The position numbers and the translations under genes were made by a program. The notes beneath the pieces are model-generated. The model made no database searches. It saw only the letters and a program-made list of their open reading frames with translations, and was not told where the DNA came from. A stretch of DNA of 64,000 nucleotides, taken from positions 420 through 64,419 of the forward strand of contig JAFMJV010000010.1 of NCBI GenBank assembly GCA_017853275.1, written 5' to 3'. Shown in pieces: positions 41,323 to 50,768 of this stretch. The stretch's first letter is position 1; every line of letters begins with the position of its first letter. Origin of the DNA: Chloroflexota bacterium (GTDB lineage Bacteria > Chloroflexota > Limnocylindria > Limnocylindrales > CSP1-4).

Positions 41323-44300
41323 TCAGCGGATCTCGACGGTGGCCGGCATCCCGAGGGTGATCCGCTCCAGGGCCAGCGCGGGCTGGACGAGGACCGGCTC
41401 CCAGGCGTAGAAGCCGGGGGTCACGACGCGGGCCGCGTACGCGAGCTCCCTGACCGGGTGGTCCCGGTCCGGGCCGAGGCACCAGGTGACGCGCCGGCCG
41501 TCGATCGAGATCGGCAGCTCCGTCTCGTCCCGGTGGCGCCAGGTGATCGTCGTCTGCACGGGGGCGAGCCCGGACGGAACGAGATCGGTGACGAGGGTGC
41601 AGCCCGGGACCGGGCTCTCCCCGAGGTCGACCCGGATCCGGACGACGACCTCCGCATCGGAGGCGATCGGCCCGCTGGGCGTCACGCTCCGTGCGATCGT
41701 CACCGCCGGGTCCCCGATCACGCTCGCCGGGTCGATCGCGGCGCGCCACGTGGCGGCCAGGATCGGGGCACCGGCGATCGGCTCGATCGTGGCGCCGGCC
41801 TGGTCGGTCGACAGGAGGCTCGCCGACCAGTGCTCGCCCGCCGCGAGCGTGACCTCCGTCCGCTCGCCGGCGATCGTGACGGCGAACGCGGCCGGCTCGG
41901 AGCCCGAGCGCGCGAGGCGGGCGCGGGCGATGGCGACGCGGTGGAGCTCGGCCGGGAAGTCGGCCGGCGGGTCGACGGCGAGCCATGCCTCCACGGCGTC
42001 GCTCGTGGCGAGGTCGCCGGTCATCGCGGCGAGGATGCCGAGGAGCGCCGTCGCGGCATGGTCCGGGCTCGCGGCACCGGTCCGCAGGCGGAGGAAGGCG
42101 CCCATCCGCTCACCCCGCTGCTCGATGACCGAGCGCGCGATGGAGCGGGCGAGCGTCTCGTCGCCGATCGACGCGGCCGCGATGCCGATCGCCAGCCGGT
42201 CGACGATCGTGAGGTCCGCACGGGTGGCCACGTCGGCGAGCTCGTTGCCGATCCGCTCCCCGAGGACCGCCCGGCCCGCGGTGGCGGTGACCGGCTCGCC
42301 CTCCTCCCAGTCGGAGAGCCACGCGGCGAGCGCGACGCGGTCGATCCCCGCCGGATCCGTGAGGGCGACGAGGAAGGAGACCGTCACATCGGGCGGGCCG
42401 TAGGGGAGGATCGCGAAGCCGCCCGAGGGGGTCTGCCAGGCGGCGATCGCGGCGGGCTGGCTGCCGAAGCGCTCGGGTCCGATGCCGAAGCTCTCGGCGA
42501 GGATCCGGCGTGCCTCCGCGGCGGCGAGGACCTGCTCGGCGCGCAGGCCGTTCGGCTCCGCAAGCTCGAGGAGGACGGGGAGGAGCGAGCCACGTCCGGC
42601 GTCCGTGACGAGGTAGTGGACGAGCCCATCGGCGGCCGGCAGGGGAGCCGGCCCGGTGACCGGCGCCCACGCGGTCCGGGTCGCGGCGAGCCGCGAGGGG
42701 ACGACGCGGATCGTCCGGACGAGCCCGTCCGAGCGATCCGGATCGCTCGTCACCCAGGCACGCACGGTGAGGGGGTGCTCCCCCTCGGTGAGCGCCGGGA
42801 GCGGGATCGTGACCTCGGAGAAGGCCGTCCCCTGGCGGGTGGCGAGGCCGAGGCCGAGGGAGGGCGCGGAGAGCTCGACCGTCACCGCCTCGCCCGCGGC
42901 GAGGTCGGCGCCGTTCGTGCGCACGCGGATCGCCGCGCGGTCGCTCACGAGGAGGTCGGGCGGGGCGACGATGCTCACGAAGAAGGGGAGGCCGACCGGC
43001 AGGAGGGTCGTCCCCTCGCCCGCCCGGAGCGTCCCGTCGAGGGCCATCCCGCTCACCCGCCACGAGGTGAGATCGTCGGGCAGGTCGAAGGAGACGGTCG
43101 CGGTCCCGGAGGCGTCCGTGCGGACGACCTGGAAGAGCGCCTGGTCACGGAAGTCCGTGCGCAGGTCGGCGCCGCCGCCCGTGTCGCCCCCTTCGCCGCG
43201 GGATCCGCGGCGGGGGAGCTGGTGCGAGGCATAGGTCCGGGTCGTCCCCGTCGAGACGGAGGAGTAGAGGTCGCCGAGCGGGTCGATCGCCGTCGCGGCG
43301 CCGATCGCGTAGAGCTTCTCATCGACCGCCCGGAGCGTGACATCGGCGGCCACGGGTGCGCCGTCGCGATCGCGGACCGTGACCGTCACCGTCGCCCGCT
43401 CACCCGGGGCGTGGCGCGGCGCATCCGCGGCGATCGTCACCTGGAGGCCGCGCGAGGCGGGATCGAAGTCGACCGCGAACCCGTCCGGGATCGCGACATA
43501 GGTGCGCCCGGTGAAGCGGACGCCCGTCACCTCGAGGAGGGGCGGGTCGTCCTTGCCCAGCGTGACGGTGACGCGCGGCTCGCGCCCGACGACCGCGTCG
43601 CGGATCCCGCGCTGCTCGGTGAGGAAGAGGTAGCGGTTCGCGCCGCCCGTGGGGACGACGCCCTCGGAGGTACGCATCTCCACGGTGACCGGGCGGCCGA
43701 GCGGGACGGAGATGTGTGGCCACCACGGGTCCGCATCCGCGCCGGTCGCGGTGAGATAGGCGCCCCAGTCGACCCAGCCGAAGTGGCTCGAGGCCCACGT
43801 CTCGAGCGTCGTCGTCCGGCCGGACGGGTCGCTCGCCGAGAGGTCGATCTCGTAGCTCTTCTCCGGATCGGCAGGGAGCTCCAGCCGGAAGCGCCCCTCC
43901 GTGTCCGTGACGAGCCGGCGGTCGAGGATGATCGCCCGCTCCTCGCTGTACTCGTAGAGCGGGACCACCTCGCGGGCGATCCAGTCGTAGTCGGTTCCGA
44001 CCTGGCGCCGGATCGGCGTGATCTCGGTCACGATCGCCCGGACGGAGCCACCGGCGATCCGCTTGCCGCGCGGGTCGAGGATCCCGTCCGCGGTGCCGCC
44101 CAGCTCCTTCTCGAGGCGCGGGCGATCGACCTGCGAGAGGTCACCGGCAAGGATGACGAGGTCATCCGCGATCCGGGCCTCGGCGTCGAGGACGACCGCG
44201 GCCTGGAAGAGGACGATCCCCGTCACGCCCTCGATCTCCGCCTCCTCGGCGCGCGCCGGCCGGACGCGGAGATCCCCGTAGGTCCACTGGTCCCAGGAGG

Positions 44301-46260
44301 CCGCGCTTGCGACGAAGCCGAGCTCTGCCGAGCCGTCGGCACCGGTCGTGGCGCGCGCCCGAGCGGTCCGCTCGCCCGCGTAGAGGGTCCCGACAAGGGG
44401 GACGGCGGGGACCGTCGTCCCGTCGAAGGTCGTCGCATCCACCGCCGCGCGGACGGTCTCGCCGGAGATGTAGACCCGGCGCGGGGTCGTGGCGAAGAGC
44501 CGGTACTCCGGCTTCACGATCTCGGCGATCTCCATGCCCGTCCGGCGGAGGATCCGCTCGCCATCGAGGAGGTCGAGGTCGTACCAGCCGTGGGGCAGGT
44601 CGACGATCGGCAGCCGGGCCTCGTAGCCGCCCGTCTCCGCCGACGGAGTGACGGCGAGCTCGGCCACGGCGACGGGGTCGTCCGCGTCGTCGGGCCAGTA
44701 GCTGAGGCGCAGGGTGAGGGGGCGCGGCACGCCACCGTCGCGGAGGCGAGCCATCCCCCAGATCGCGACCGTGTCCGTCGTCCGGTAGATCGAGCGGTCG
44801 GTGTAGAGGAGGGACCACCAGGCATCGGAGAGCGGGCCCTCGTCCCAGGTCCGGACGATGTCGCCGCCCTCCCAGCCGCTCGTGCCGAAGGGAACGAGAA
44901 GGGTGTCGGCCCCGCGGCGGATGACGAGGATCGGCTGCGGAACGTCCCCGGGGATGAGCGCCTCCGGGGTCTCCGCCAGGAGGAGCCCGTCCGCGCCGGT
45001 CGTCCCGAGCGAGGCACCACCGAGGACCTCGACCGTGGCCCCTGCGGCGGGCTTCCGCGTCGCAAGGTCATGCGCCCAGACCGCGGTCCGGGTCCAGCTC
45101 ATGTGCGTGTAGGCGGCGAGGTCGCTCACCTGGAGGAGGAGGTCGAGATCCCCGCGCGGATCGGGGATCCGCACCAGGTACCAGCCCGGATCAAGGACGC
45201 CGGGCAGGACGAGGATGTCGTTCTCGCCCTCGGCCTCGTTCCCCTTGCGGAGGCTGACCTCCTGGGCGAGGACCCGGACGAGGCCTTCCGTGGACAGGAC
45301 GACGGGTGGCTGCTCGCCGTCCACGTCGCGCGCCTGGAGGGCGCCGGCCGCAGCGGCCGCGGCGGCGATCCCGGGGTAGCGCCAGATCTCGAGCGGGACG
45401 CTCGTGATCCCGGAGCGCCAGATGCCGATCTCCAGGACCGCGGGCTCGCGCGGGGTGGTCTCCGCCACGTTCCGGGCGAAGGCGCCGATCCGGCCCCGGC
45501 CTGCGCCCGGACCCTGGGTCGTGAAGTGGATCGTCTCGTCCTCGGGGAGGACCTGGCCGGTCCCCGCGACGGGGAGGCCGGCGGTGATCGTGACCGCGTA
45601 CTCGGTCCCCGGGGCGAGATCGCCGGTGGGCAGGAAGACGAGCGTGCGTCCCTTCGTCAGGACGCTTCCGGCGACGGGCGGGGAGATGAGGAGGTGGTCG
45701 AGGAGGTCGGTGACGCCCTCGACGTCGAAGGTGAGCTCGATCCCGGTGGTCACCGGGACCCCGTCCGACCAGTCGCTCGGGAGCGTGGAGACGAGCCGGA
45801 GCGGGCCGCGCGTGACGAAGCGCCACGAGCGCACGAGCGCCCCGTCCGGATCATGGAGGCGGAAGACGTAGGCGGTCGACGGGGCGAGGGATGCGGTGGG
45901 ACGGAGGGTGACGACGCCCAAGGCGTCGGGTCCCTCGATCGCCAGCGCGATCGCGGGCTCCACGGTGATCCGCTCCGCCAGCTCGCGGGCCGGCAGCCCG
46001 GTCGAGGTGAGGAGGAAGCCGGCGTCGAGGGCGACACCGCCCCGGGTCTCCGTCGGGGTGAGGTCGACCGGGCTCTCCTCGGGTGGGAGGCCGGCCGGCC
46101 GCCAGGAGGCGGCCGGGGAGGGGGCCGGGCTGGCGGCGGCGGCCGTCGCCCCCGGCAGGAGGACGGAGAGGAGAAGGATGAGTGAGACGATGCTCGGCCC
46201 GATCGCGGACCTGCGCCGACGCGCGCCCATGGCACACCCCCGTCTGCCGGCGACACCCAT
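41323..46260 (-). CDS. Large secreted alpha-2-macroglobulin-family (MG-domain) protein with no thioester cysteine seen
   Basis: About 1,645 aa from ATG 46260 (GGTGGAG about 9 nt upstream; alternative ATG at 46230).
- Signal-like 'IVSLILLLSVLLPGATAAAAS'.
- SbsA-type Ig-like modules ('...APSTAYVFRL', '...APGTEYAVTITAGL').
- Many beta-sandwich-like repeats.
- 'LAEPNGLRAEQVLAAAE' where a GCxEQ motif would be expected.
- C-terminal 'CTLVTDLVPSGLAPV', like bacterial A2M C-terminal domains.

The longer ORF 41323..48486 is shadow over uvrC. Confidence 0.7.
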   Translation of the reverse strand: MGVAGRRGCAMGARRRRSAIGPSIVSLILLLSVLLPGATAAAASPAPSPAASWRPAGLPPEESPVDLTPTETRGGVALDAGFLLTSTGLPARELAERITVEPAIALAIEGPDALGVVTLRPTASLAPSTAYVFRLHDPDGALVRSWRFVTRGPLRLVSTLPSDWSDGVPVTTGIELTFDVEGVTDLLDHLLISPPVAGSVLTKGRTLVFLPTGDLAPGTEYAVTITAGLPVAGTGQVLPEDETIHFTTQGPGAGRGRIGAFARNVAETTPREPAVLEIGIWRSGITSVPLEIWRYPGIAAAAAAAGALQARDVDGEQPPVVLSTEGLVRVLAQEVSLRKGNEAEGENDILVLPGVLDPGWYLVRIPDPRGDLDLLLQVSDLAAYTHMSWTRTAVWAHDLATRKPAAGATVEVLGGASLGTTGADGLLLAETPEALIPGDVPQPILVIRRGADTLLVPFGTSGWEGGDIVRTWDEGPLSDAWWSLLYTDRSIYRTTDTVAIWGMARLRDGGVPRPLTLRLSYWPDDADDPVAVAELAVTPSAETGGYEARLPIVDLPHGWYDLDLLDGERILRRTGMEIAEIVKPEYRLFATTPRRVYISGETVRAAVDATTFDGTTVPAVPLVGTLYAGERTARARATTGADGSAELGFVASAASWDQWTYGDLRVRPARAEEAEIEGVTGIVLFQAAVVLDAEARIADDLVILAGDLSQVDRPRLEKELGGTADGILDPRGKRIAGGSVRAIVTEITPIRRQVGTDYDWIAREVVPLYEYSEERAIILDRRLVTDTEGRFRLELPADPEKSYEIDLSASDPSGRTTTLETWASSHFGWVDWGAYLTATGADADPWWPHISVPLGRPVTVEMRTSEGVVPTGGANRYLFLTEQRGIRDAVVGREPRVTVTLGKDDPPLLEVTGVRFTGRTYVAIPDGFAVDFDPASRGLQVTIAADAPRHAPGERATVTVTVRDRDGAPVAADVTLRAVDEKLYAIGAATAIDPLGDLYSSVSTGTTRTYASHQLPRRGSRGEGGDTGGGADLRTDFRDQALFQVVRTDASGTATVSFDLPDDLTSWRVSGMALDGTLRAGEGTTLLPVGLPFFVSIVAPPDLLVSDRAAIRVRTNGADLAAGEAVTVELSAPSLGLGLATRQGTAFSEVTIPLPALTEGEHPLTVRAWVTSDPDRSDGLVRTIRVVPSRLAATRTAWAPVTGPAPLPAADGLVHYLVTDAGRGSLLPVLLELAEPNGLRAEQVLAAAEARRILAESFGIGPERFGSQPAAIAAWQTPSGGFAILPYGPPDVTVSFLVALTDPAGIDRVALAAWLSDWEEGEPVTATAGRAVLGERIGNELADVATRADLTIVDRLAIGIAAASIGDETLARSIARSVIEQRGERMGAFLRLRTGAASPDHAATALLGILAAMTGDLATSDAVEAWLAVDPPADFPAELHRVAIARARLARSGSEPAAFAVTIAGERTEVTLAAGEHWSASLLSTDQAGATIEPIAGAPILAATWRAAIDPASVIGDPAVTIARSVTPSGPIASDAEVVVRIRVDLGESPVPGCTLVTDLVPSGLAPVQTTITWRHRDETELPISIDGRRVTWCLGPDRDHPVRELAYAARVVTPGFYAWEPVLVQPALALERITLGMPATVEIR

Positions 46261-46350
46261 CCGGGCACCGCTCCACCCCTGAATCCAGCCGGTCGCGCCC
46301 GCGCGGCGCCAGTGCCGGTCGGACCCTCCGGCCCGTGCCCGGCGCCGGGA

Positions 46351-46356
46351 TACGAT
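46351..46356 (+). promoter_or_regulatory. -10-like hexamer TACGAT, 6 nt upstream of the uvrC GTG (candidate leaderless promoter)
   Basis: GTG at 46363 begins 'VTPQLQAALAGLPDHPGVYLL'. Confidence 0.5.
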
Positions 46357-46362
46357 GCACCG

Positions 46363-48213
46363 GTGACCCCGCAGCTGCAGGCCGCCCTCGCCGGGCTCCC
46401 CGACCACCCCGGCGTCTACCTTCTCCGCGACGAGCGCGGCACCGTCCTCTACGTCGGCAAGGCGCAGAGCCTCCGTTCGCGCGTCCGCCAGTACTGGCAG
46501 GCGAGCCGCGGCACGGTCGCGCCGATGCGCATCGAGTCGGCGATCGAGCGCGTCGCGGACGTGGAGTGGACGCTGACGGACACGGTCAGCGAGGCCCTCC
46601 TCCTCGAGGCCACCCTTGTGAAGCGCCACCAGCCGCGCTTCAACGTCCGGCTCAAGGACGACAAGAGCTACCCCTGGATCCGGATCACCCTCGGGGACGA
46701 CTTCCCGCGCATCGAGCGGACGCGCAAGGTGATCCGCGACGGGAGCCGCTACTTCGGCCCCTACCCCTCGGCGAGCAGCGTGGACGAGGCGATGGAGCTG
46801 ATCCGCCGCCTCTTCCCCTTCCGCACCTGCACGATCCCGATCCGCGAGGGGGTCCGCGCGCTCGACCGGCCGTGCCTCCTCTTCCATATCCGGCGCTGCC
46901 AGGGGCCGTGCGTGGAGGCGATCGACCGGGCCGCCTACCGGCGCGACATCGACCAGGTGATCCTCTTCCTCGAGGGGCGCCAGGAGCAGGTCGTGCGCTC
47001 GCTGCGGACGGAGATGGAGGCCGCCTCGGACGAGCTCCGCTTCGAGCGCGCCGCGGCGCTCCGGGACACGATCCGCGCCGTCGAGCGGACGATGGAGACG
47101 CAGAAGATGGCCGGGCTCGGCCGGCGCTCGCTCGATGTGCTCGGCTTCGCGCGTTCGGGGGCGGAGGCGGCCGTCCAATGCTTCGTGGTGCGCGAGGGGC
47201 GGACGATCGGGCGGGATGTCCACGTCGTCGAGAACGTCGCCGACGGGAGCGACGAGGAAGCCCTGGCGGTCTTCGTCGCGCAGTACTACGCGACCGCCTC
47301 GTCGATCCCGCCGCGCGTCCTCGTCCCCTTCCCGTTGCCGGAGAGCGACGCGCTCGAGGAGCTGCTCGGCACGCGCCGTGGGAGCCGCGTCCGGATCGAG
47401 GTCGGGCAGCGCGGGGTCGGGCGGCGGCTGGCGGATCTCGCGGGCCGGAACGCGGCAGCGGCGCTCGCCCGCGAGCAGGCGCGCTGGCTCGCCGACTCCG
47501 GGCGGACCCTCCATGCGCTCGAGGAGCTCGCGGCCGCGCTCGACCTCCCCGGCCCGCCGATGCGCATCGAGTGCTACGACATCAGCACGATCCAGGGGAC
47601 GAGCACCGTGGGCAGCATGGTCGTGGCCCAGGAGGGACGCCCCCGGAGCTCCGACTACCGCCGCTTCCGGATCCGGACGGTCGCCGGCCAGGATGACTTC
47701 GCGAGCCACAGCGAGGTCCTCCGGCGCCGCTTCGGACGGGCGCTCGCGGCGGAGGAGGGGAGCGAGGATGCGCTCCGCTGGCGGCTGCCGGACCTGGTGA
47801 TCATCGATGGCGGGAAGGGCCAGGTGAGCGCCGCCGCCGCCGTCCTGCGCGAGGTCGGCCTGGAGGCGATGCCCCTCGCCGGGCTCGCGAAGGAGCGCGA
47901 GGAGCTCTTCCTCCCCGGTCGCTCGGACCCGATCGTCCTTCCCGCGACCTCGCCGGCCCTCTACCTCCTTCAGCGATTGCGCGACGAGGCGCACCGGTTC
48001 GCGATCGGCTACCACCGCACCGTCCGCTCGAAGGCCCAGACGCGCTCGATCCTCGATGGGATCCCCGGCGTCGGACCGGCCCGCCGGAAGGCCCTCCTGC
48101 GCGTCTTCGCCTCCGGGCGCGGCGTGCGGGAAGCGTCCGCCGAGGAGATCGCCGCGGTCCCCGGGATCGGCCCGGAGCTCGCGGCCCGGATCCGCGCCCA
48201 CCTCGACGCCTGA
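46363..48213 (+). CDS. uvrC: Excinuclease ABC subunit C
   Basis: GIY-YIG 'PGVYLLRDERGTVLYVGKAQSLRSRVRQY'; UVR 'ELRFERAAALRDTI'; endonuclease domain 'IECYDISTIQG'; HhH 'IPGVGPARRKALL'. Confidence 0.95.
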   Translation: MTPQLQAALAGLPDHPGVYLLRDERGTVLYVGKAQSLRSRVRQYWQASRGTVAPMRIESAIERVADVEWTLTDTVSEALLLEATLVKRHQPRFNVRLKDDKSYPWIRITLGDDFPRIERTRKVIRDGSRYFGPYPSASSVDEAMELIRRLFPFRTCTIPIREGVRALDRPCLLFHIRRCQGPCVEAIDRAAYRRDIDQVILFLEGRQEQVVRSLRTEMEAASDELRFERAAALRDTIRAVERTMETQKMAGLGRRSLDVLGFARSGAEAAVQCFVVREGRTIGRDVHVVENVADGSDEEALAVFVAQYYATASSIPPRVLVPFPLPESDALEELLGTRRGSRVRIEVGQRGVGRRLADLAGRNAAAALAREQARWLADSGRTLHALEELAAALDLPGPPMRIECYDISTIQGTSTVGSMVVAQEGRPRSSDYRRFRIRTVAGQDDFASHSEVLRRRFGRALAAEEGSEDALRWRLPDLVIIDGGKGQVSAAAAVLREVGLEAMPLAGLAKEREELFLPGRSDPIVLPATSPALYLLQRLRDEAHRFAIGYHRTVRSKAQTRSILDGIPGVGPARRKALLRVFASGRGVREASAEEIAAVPGIGPELAARIRAHLDA

Positions 48214-48263
48214 CCGCGGCAGGCACCCGCACGCCGGACGGCGCGCGGCGCCGGAGCCTCTGC

Positions 48264-48269
48264 TATCGT
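48264..48269 (+). promoter_or_regulatory. Extended -10 TGcTATCGT, 8 nt upstream of the secD ATG (candidate leaderless promoter)
   Basis: TG at 48261-48262. ATG at 48278. Confidence 0.45.
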
Positions 48270-48277
48270 TCCCCGCG

Positions 48278-49594
48278 ATGCAGCGGGCCCTTACGATCTT
48301 CGTCCTCATCGCGTTCGTCGCGGCGATCTTCGCCTCGGCGGCGCCCACGATCACGACCCACCTCGGCCTCGACCTCGTCGGCGGGCTGCGCGGGGAGTAC
48401 CAGGTCGTGGCCACGGACGACCAGCCCGTGACCAAGGAGATCCTGGAGCAGACGCGCGTCATCATCGAGAAGCGCGTGAACGCCACCGGCGTCGCCGAGC
48501 CCGTCGTTCAGACCCAGGGTGCGGACCGGATCTCCGTGGAGCTCCCGGGCGCCGAGAACGAGGAGCAGATCCGGGACCTCATCGGAGCCACGGGACGGCT
48601 CGACTTCGTGCCCGTGCCGCCGCAGTTCCGGAACCAGATCGTGGACGGCGCCCCGCTCCCCGTCGGGATGGACACGACCCCGATCTTCAGCGGCAACGAG
48701 ATCGATACCGCCGGCCCCACGACGGACCAGCAGGGACGCCCGGCCGTCGACCTTCAGCTCAAGCCCACCGGCGCCCGCCTCTTCGACGAGTACGCGAGCG
48801 CGAACGTGGGCCAGCGGTTCGCGATCGTCCTGGACGGTTCCGTGGTCTCCGCCCCGGAGCTCCAGGTGGGCAAGTTCAACGGGCGGGCCCAGATCACGGG
48901 CCAGTTCACGCCCGAGGAGATGAACAACCTCGTCACGGTCCTGAAGTTCGGCTCGCTCCCCCTCGAGATCCGCGAGGTCGGCTTCAGCAGCCTGAGCGCG
49001 ACGCTCGGCCTCGGCTTCCTCGCCCAGACCGTCCTTGCCGGCGCGATCGGCATCCTCCTCGTCTTCGCCTTCATGCTCATGAACTACCGGCTGCCGGGGC
49101 TGATCGCCTGCCTGGCGCTCATCTTCTACGCGATCGTGAACTACGCGCTCTTCCGGATGATCCCCGTCACGCTCACCCTCGCCGGCATCGCGGGCTTCGT
49201 CCTCTCGGTCGGCATGGCCGTGGATGCGAACATCCTCATCTTCGAGCGGATGAAGGAGGAGCTGCGCCAGGGCAAGTCGCTCGCGGCCGCGGTGGAGGCC
49301 GGCTTCAGCCGGGCCTGGAACTCGATCCTCGACTCCAACGTGTCCACCCTCATGACCGCCGGGATCCTGTGGTACTTCGGGTCCTCGGTCGTCAAGGGCT
49401 TCGCGCTCGTCCTGATCATCGGCGTCCTCGTCTCGATGTTCACGGCGATCACCCTCTCGCGCCTCATGCTCCGCTGGGTCGTCCGCCAGGGCTGGGCGCG
49501 GAAGGCGACGCTCTACGGCGTCTCCGAGGAGGAGTTCCTCGCGGGGCTCCCGGCGCGCACACGCCGCTCGCGGGAGGTGGACGTCCGTGCTTGA
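48278..49594 (+). CDS. secD: Protein translocase subunit SecD
   Basis: 'LGLDLVGGL', 'VVQTQGADRISVELPG', 'FAIVLDGSVVSAP', C-terminal 6-TM block 'SVGMAVDANILIFERMKEE'. Confidence 0.93.
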   Translation: MQRALTIFVLIAFVAAIFASAAPTITTHLGLDLVGGLRGEYQVVATDDQPVTKEILEQTRVIIEKRVNATGVAEPVVQTQGADRISVELPGAENEEQIRDLIGATGRLDFVPVPPQFRNQIVDGAPLPVGMDTTPIFSGNEIDTAGPTTDQQGRPAVDLQLKPTGARLFDEYASANVGQRFAIVLDGSVVSAPELQVGKFNGRAQITGQFTPEEMNNLVTVLKFGSLPLEIREVGFSSLSATLGLGFLAQTVLAGAIGILLVFAFMLMNYRLPGLIACLALIFYAIVNYALFRMIPVTLTLAGIAGFVLSVGMAVDANILIFERMKEELRQGKSLAAAVEAGFSRAWNSILDSNVSTLMTAGILWYFGSSVVKGFALVLIIGVLVSMFTAITLSRLMLRWVVRQGWARKATLYGVSEEEFLAGLPARTRRSREVDVRA

Positions 49595-50708
49595 CATCAT
49601 CGGCCGGCGCCGCTGGTTCTACCTCATCAGCGCCGTGGTCACGATCCCCGGCCTGATCTTCATCCTGCTCACCTTCGTCCCGGGCAGCGGGATGGGCCTC
49701 AGGTTCTCGATCGCCTACACCGGCGGCACGATCTGGGAGGTCCACTTCGCGGACGGCGCCCCGGCTCCGGCCGACGTCCTCGTCGTGCTCGAGGAGCAGG
49801 GCCTGGAGGGCGAGGTGAACCGCACCTCGTTCGGAGACCGCGACTACATCCTCATCCGCACGGAGGCCCTCGGCCTGCGCGAGGCGATCGAGGTCGAGCC
49901 GGCTGCGGGTGCCGTCGCCTCCGCCGCCCCCGGGTCGAGCGCCGCTCCTGCCGCGAGCACAACGCCGGCCGCCAGCCCGGCCGTTGCCGCCGTCGCTGCC
50001 GCTTCACCCGCTCCGGACCCCTCGGCTGCTCCGGTCACGGAGCTCCCCACGGAGGGGCAGATCGGCGCTCTCGCCACCGCGCTCGTCGAGCGCTTCGGAC
50101 CGATCGACGAGGTCCGCCAGCAGACCACGGTCGGCCCCGTGGTGAGCGGCGAGCTCATCCAGCAGACCTTCCTGCTCATCCTCATGGGCGCGCTGGTCAT
50201 CATGCTCTGGATCACCTTCCGCTTCGGTGACTTCCGGATGGGCATCACCGCGCTCGGTGCGCTCCTCCACGACGTCATCGTCGTCGTCGGCATCTTCGCC
50301 ATCCTCGGGACCTTCCTCGGCCTCCAGGTGGATGCGCTCTTCGTCACCGCCATGCTCACCGTCATCGGCTTCAGCGTGCACGACACGATCGTCGTCTTCG
50401 ACCGGATCCGCGAGAACCGGGTGCGCCACGCCGGCGAGCCCTTCGACGCGATCGTCAACCACAGCATCCTGCAGACGCTCGGCCGCTCGATCAACACCTC
50501 GATGACGGTCGTCCTCACCCTGACGGCGCTCTTCCTCCTCGGTGGCGAGGCGATCCACGCGTTCGTCCTCGCGCTCCTCATCGGCATCGTCTCGGGGACC
50601 TACTCGTCGATCTTCAACGCCTCCCCGATCCTCGTCGACTGGCACCTGCGCGACGAGCGCCGCCGGGCGCGCGAGCTCGCCGCGGCGCCGCGCACGCGTC
50701 CCGCCTGA
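49587..50708 (+). CDS. secF: Protein translocase subunit SecF with an Ala/Pro-rich insertion in the extracytoplasmic loop
   Basis: 'IIGRRRWFYLISAVV', 'GFSVHDTIVVFDRIREN', 'INTSMTVVLTL'. GTG 49587 overlaps the secD end by 8 nt. Confidence 0.92.
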   Translation: MLDIIGRRRWFYLISAVVTIPGLIFILLTFVPGSGMGLRFSIAYTGGTIWEVHFADGAPAPADVLVVLEEQGLEGEVNRTSFGDRDYILIRTEALGLREAIEVEPAAGAVASAAPGSSAAPAASTTPAASPAVAAVAAASPAPDPSAAPVTELPTEGQIGALATALVERFGPIDEVRQQTTVGPVVSGELIQQTFLLILMGALVIMLWITFRFGDFRMGITALGALLHDVIVVVGIFAILGTFLGLQVDALFVTAMLTVIGFSVHDTIVVFDRIRENRVRHAGEPFDAIVNHSILQTLGRSINTSMTVVLTLTALFLLGGEAIHAFVLALLIGIVSGTYSSIFNASPILVDWHLRDERRRARELAAAPRTRPA

Positions 50709-50768
50709 TCCGATCCGTCCACAGCCGGTGAAGGCGCGGTCGAGCCCGCGTCGTCAGGATCGGCGGCG

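Noticed and set aside
46170-46260. A twin-arginine (Tat) signal on the A2M-like protein ('GARRRRSAIGPS').
   Set aside because: There is an Arg run, but the S/T-R-R-x-F-L-K consensus is not met, and a roughly 1,600-aa multidomain substrate is atypical for Tat. I treat it as a generic signal or anchor pending prediction tools.
46261-48486. The 5' extension of the 2,387-aa ORF 41323..48486(-), which would give a still larger protein.
   Set aside because: The extension is antisense to uvrC (clear GIY-YIG, UVR and HhH motifs) and has shadow-frame composition. A signal peptide and an SD-preceded ATG occur at 46260, so the real gene most likely starts there.
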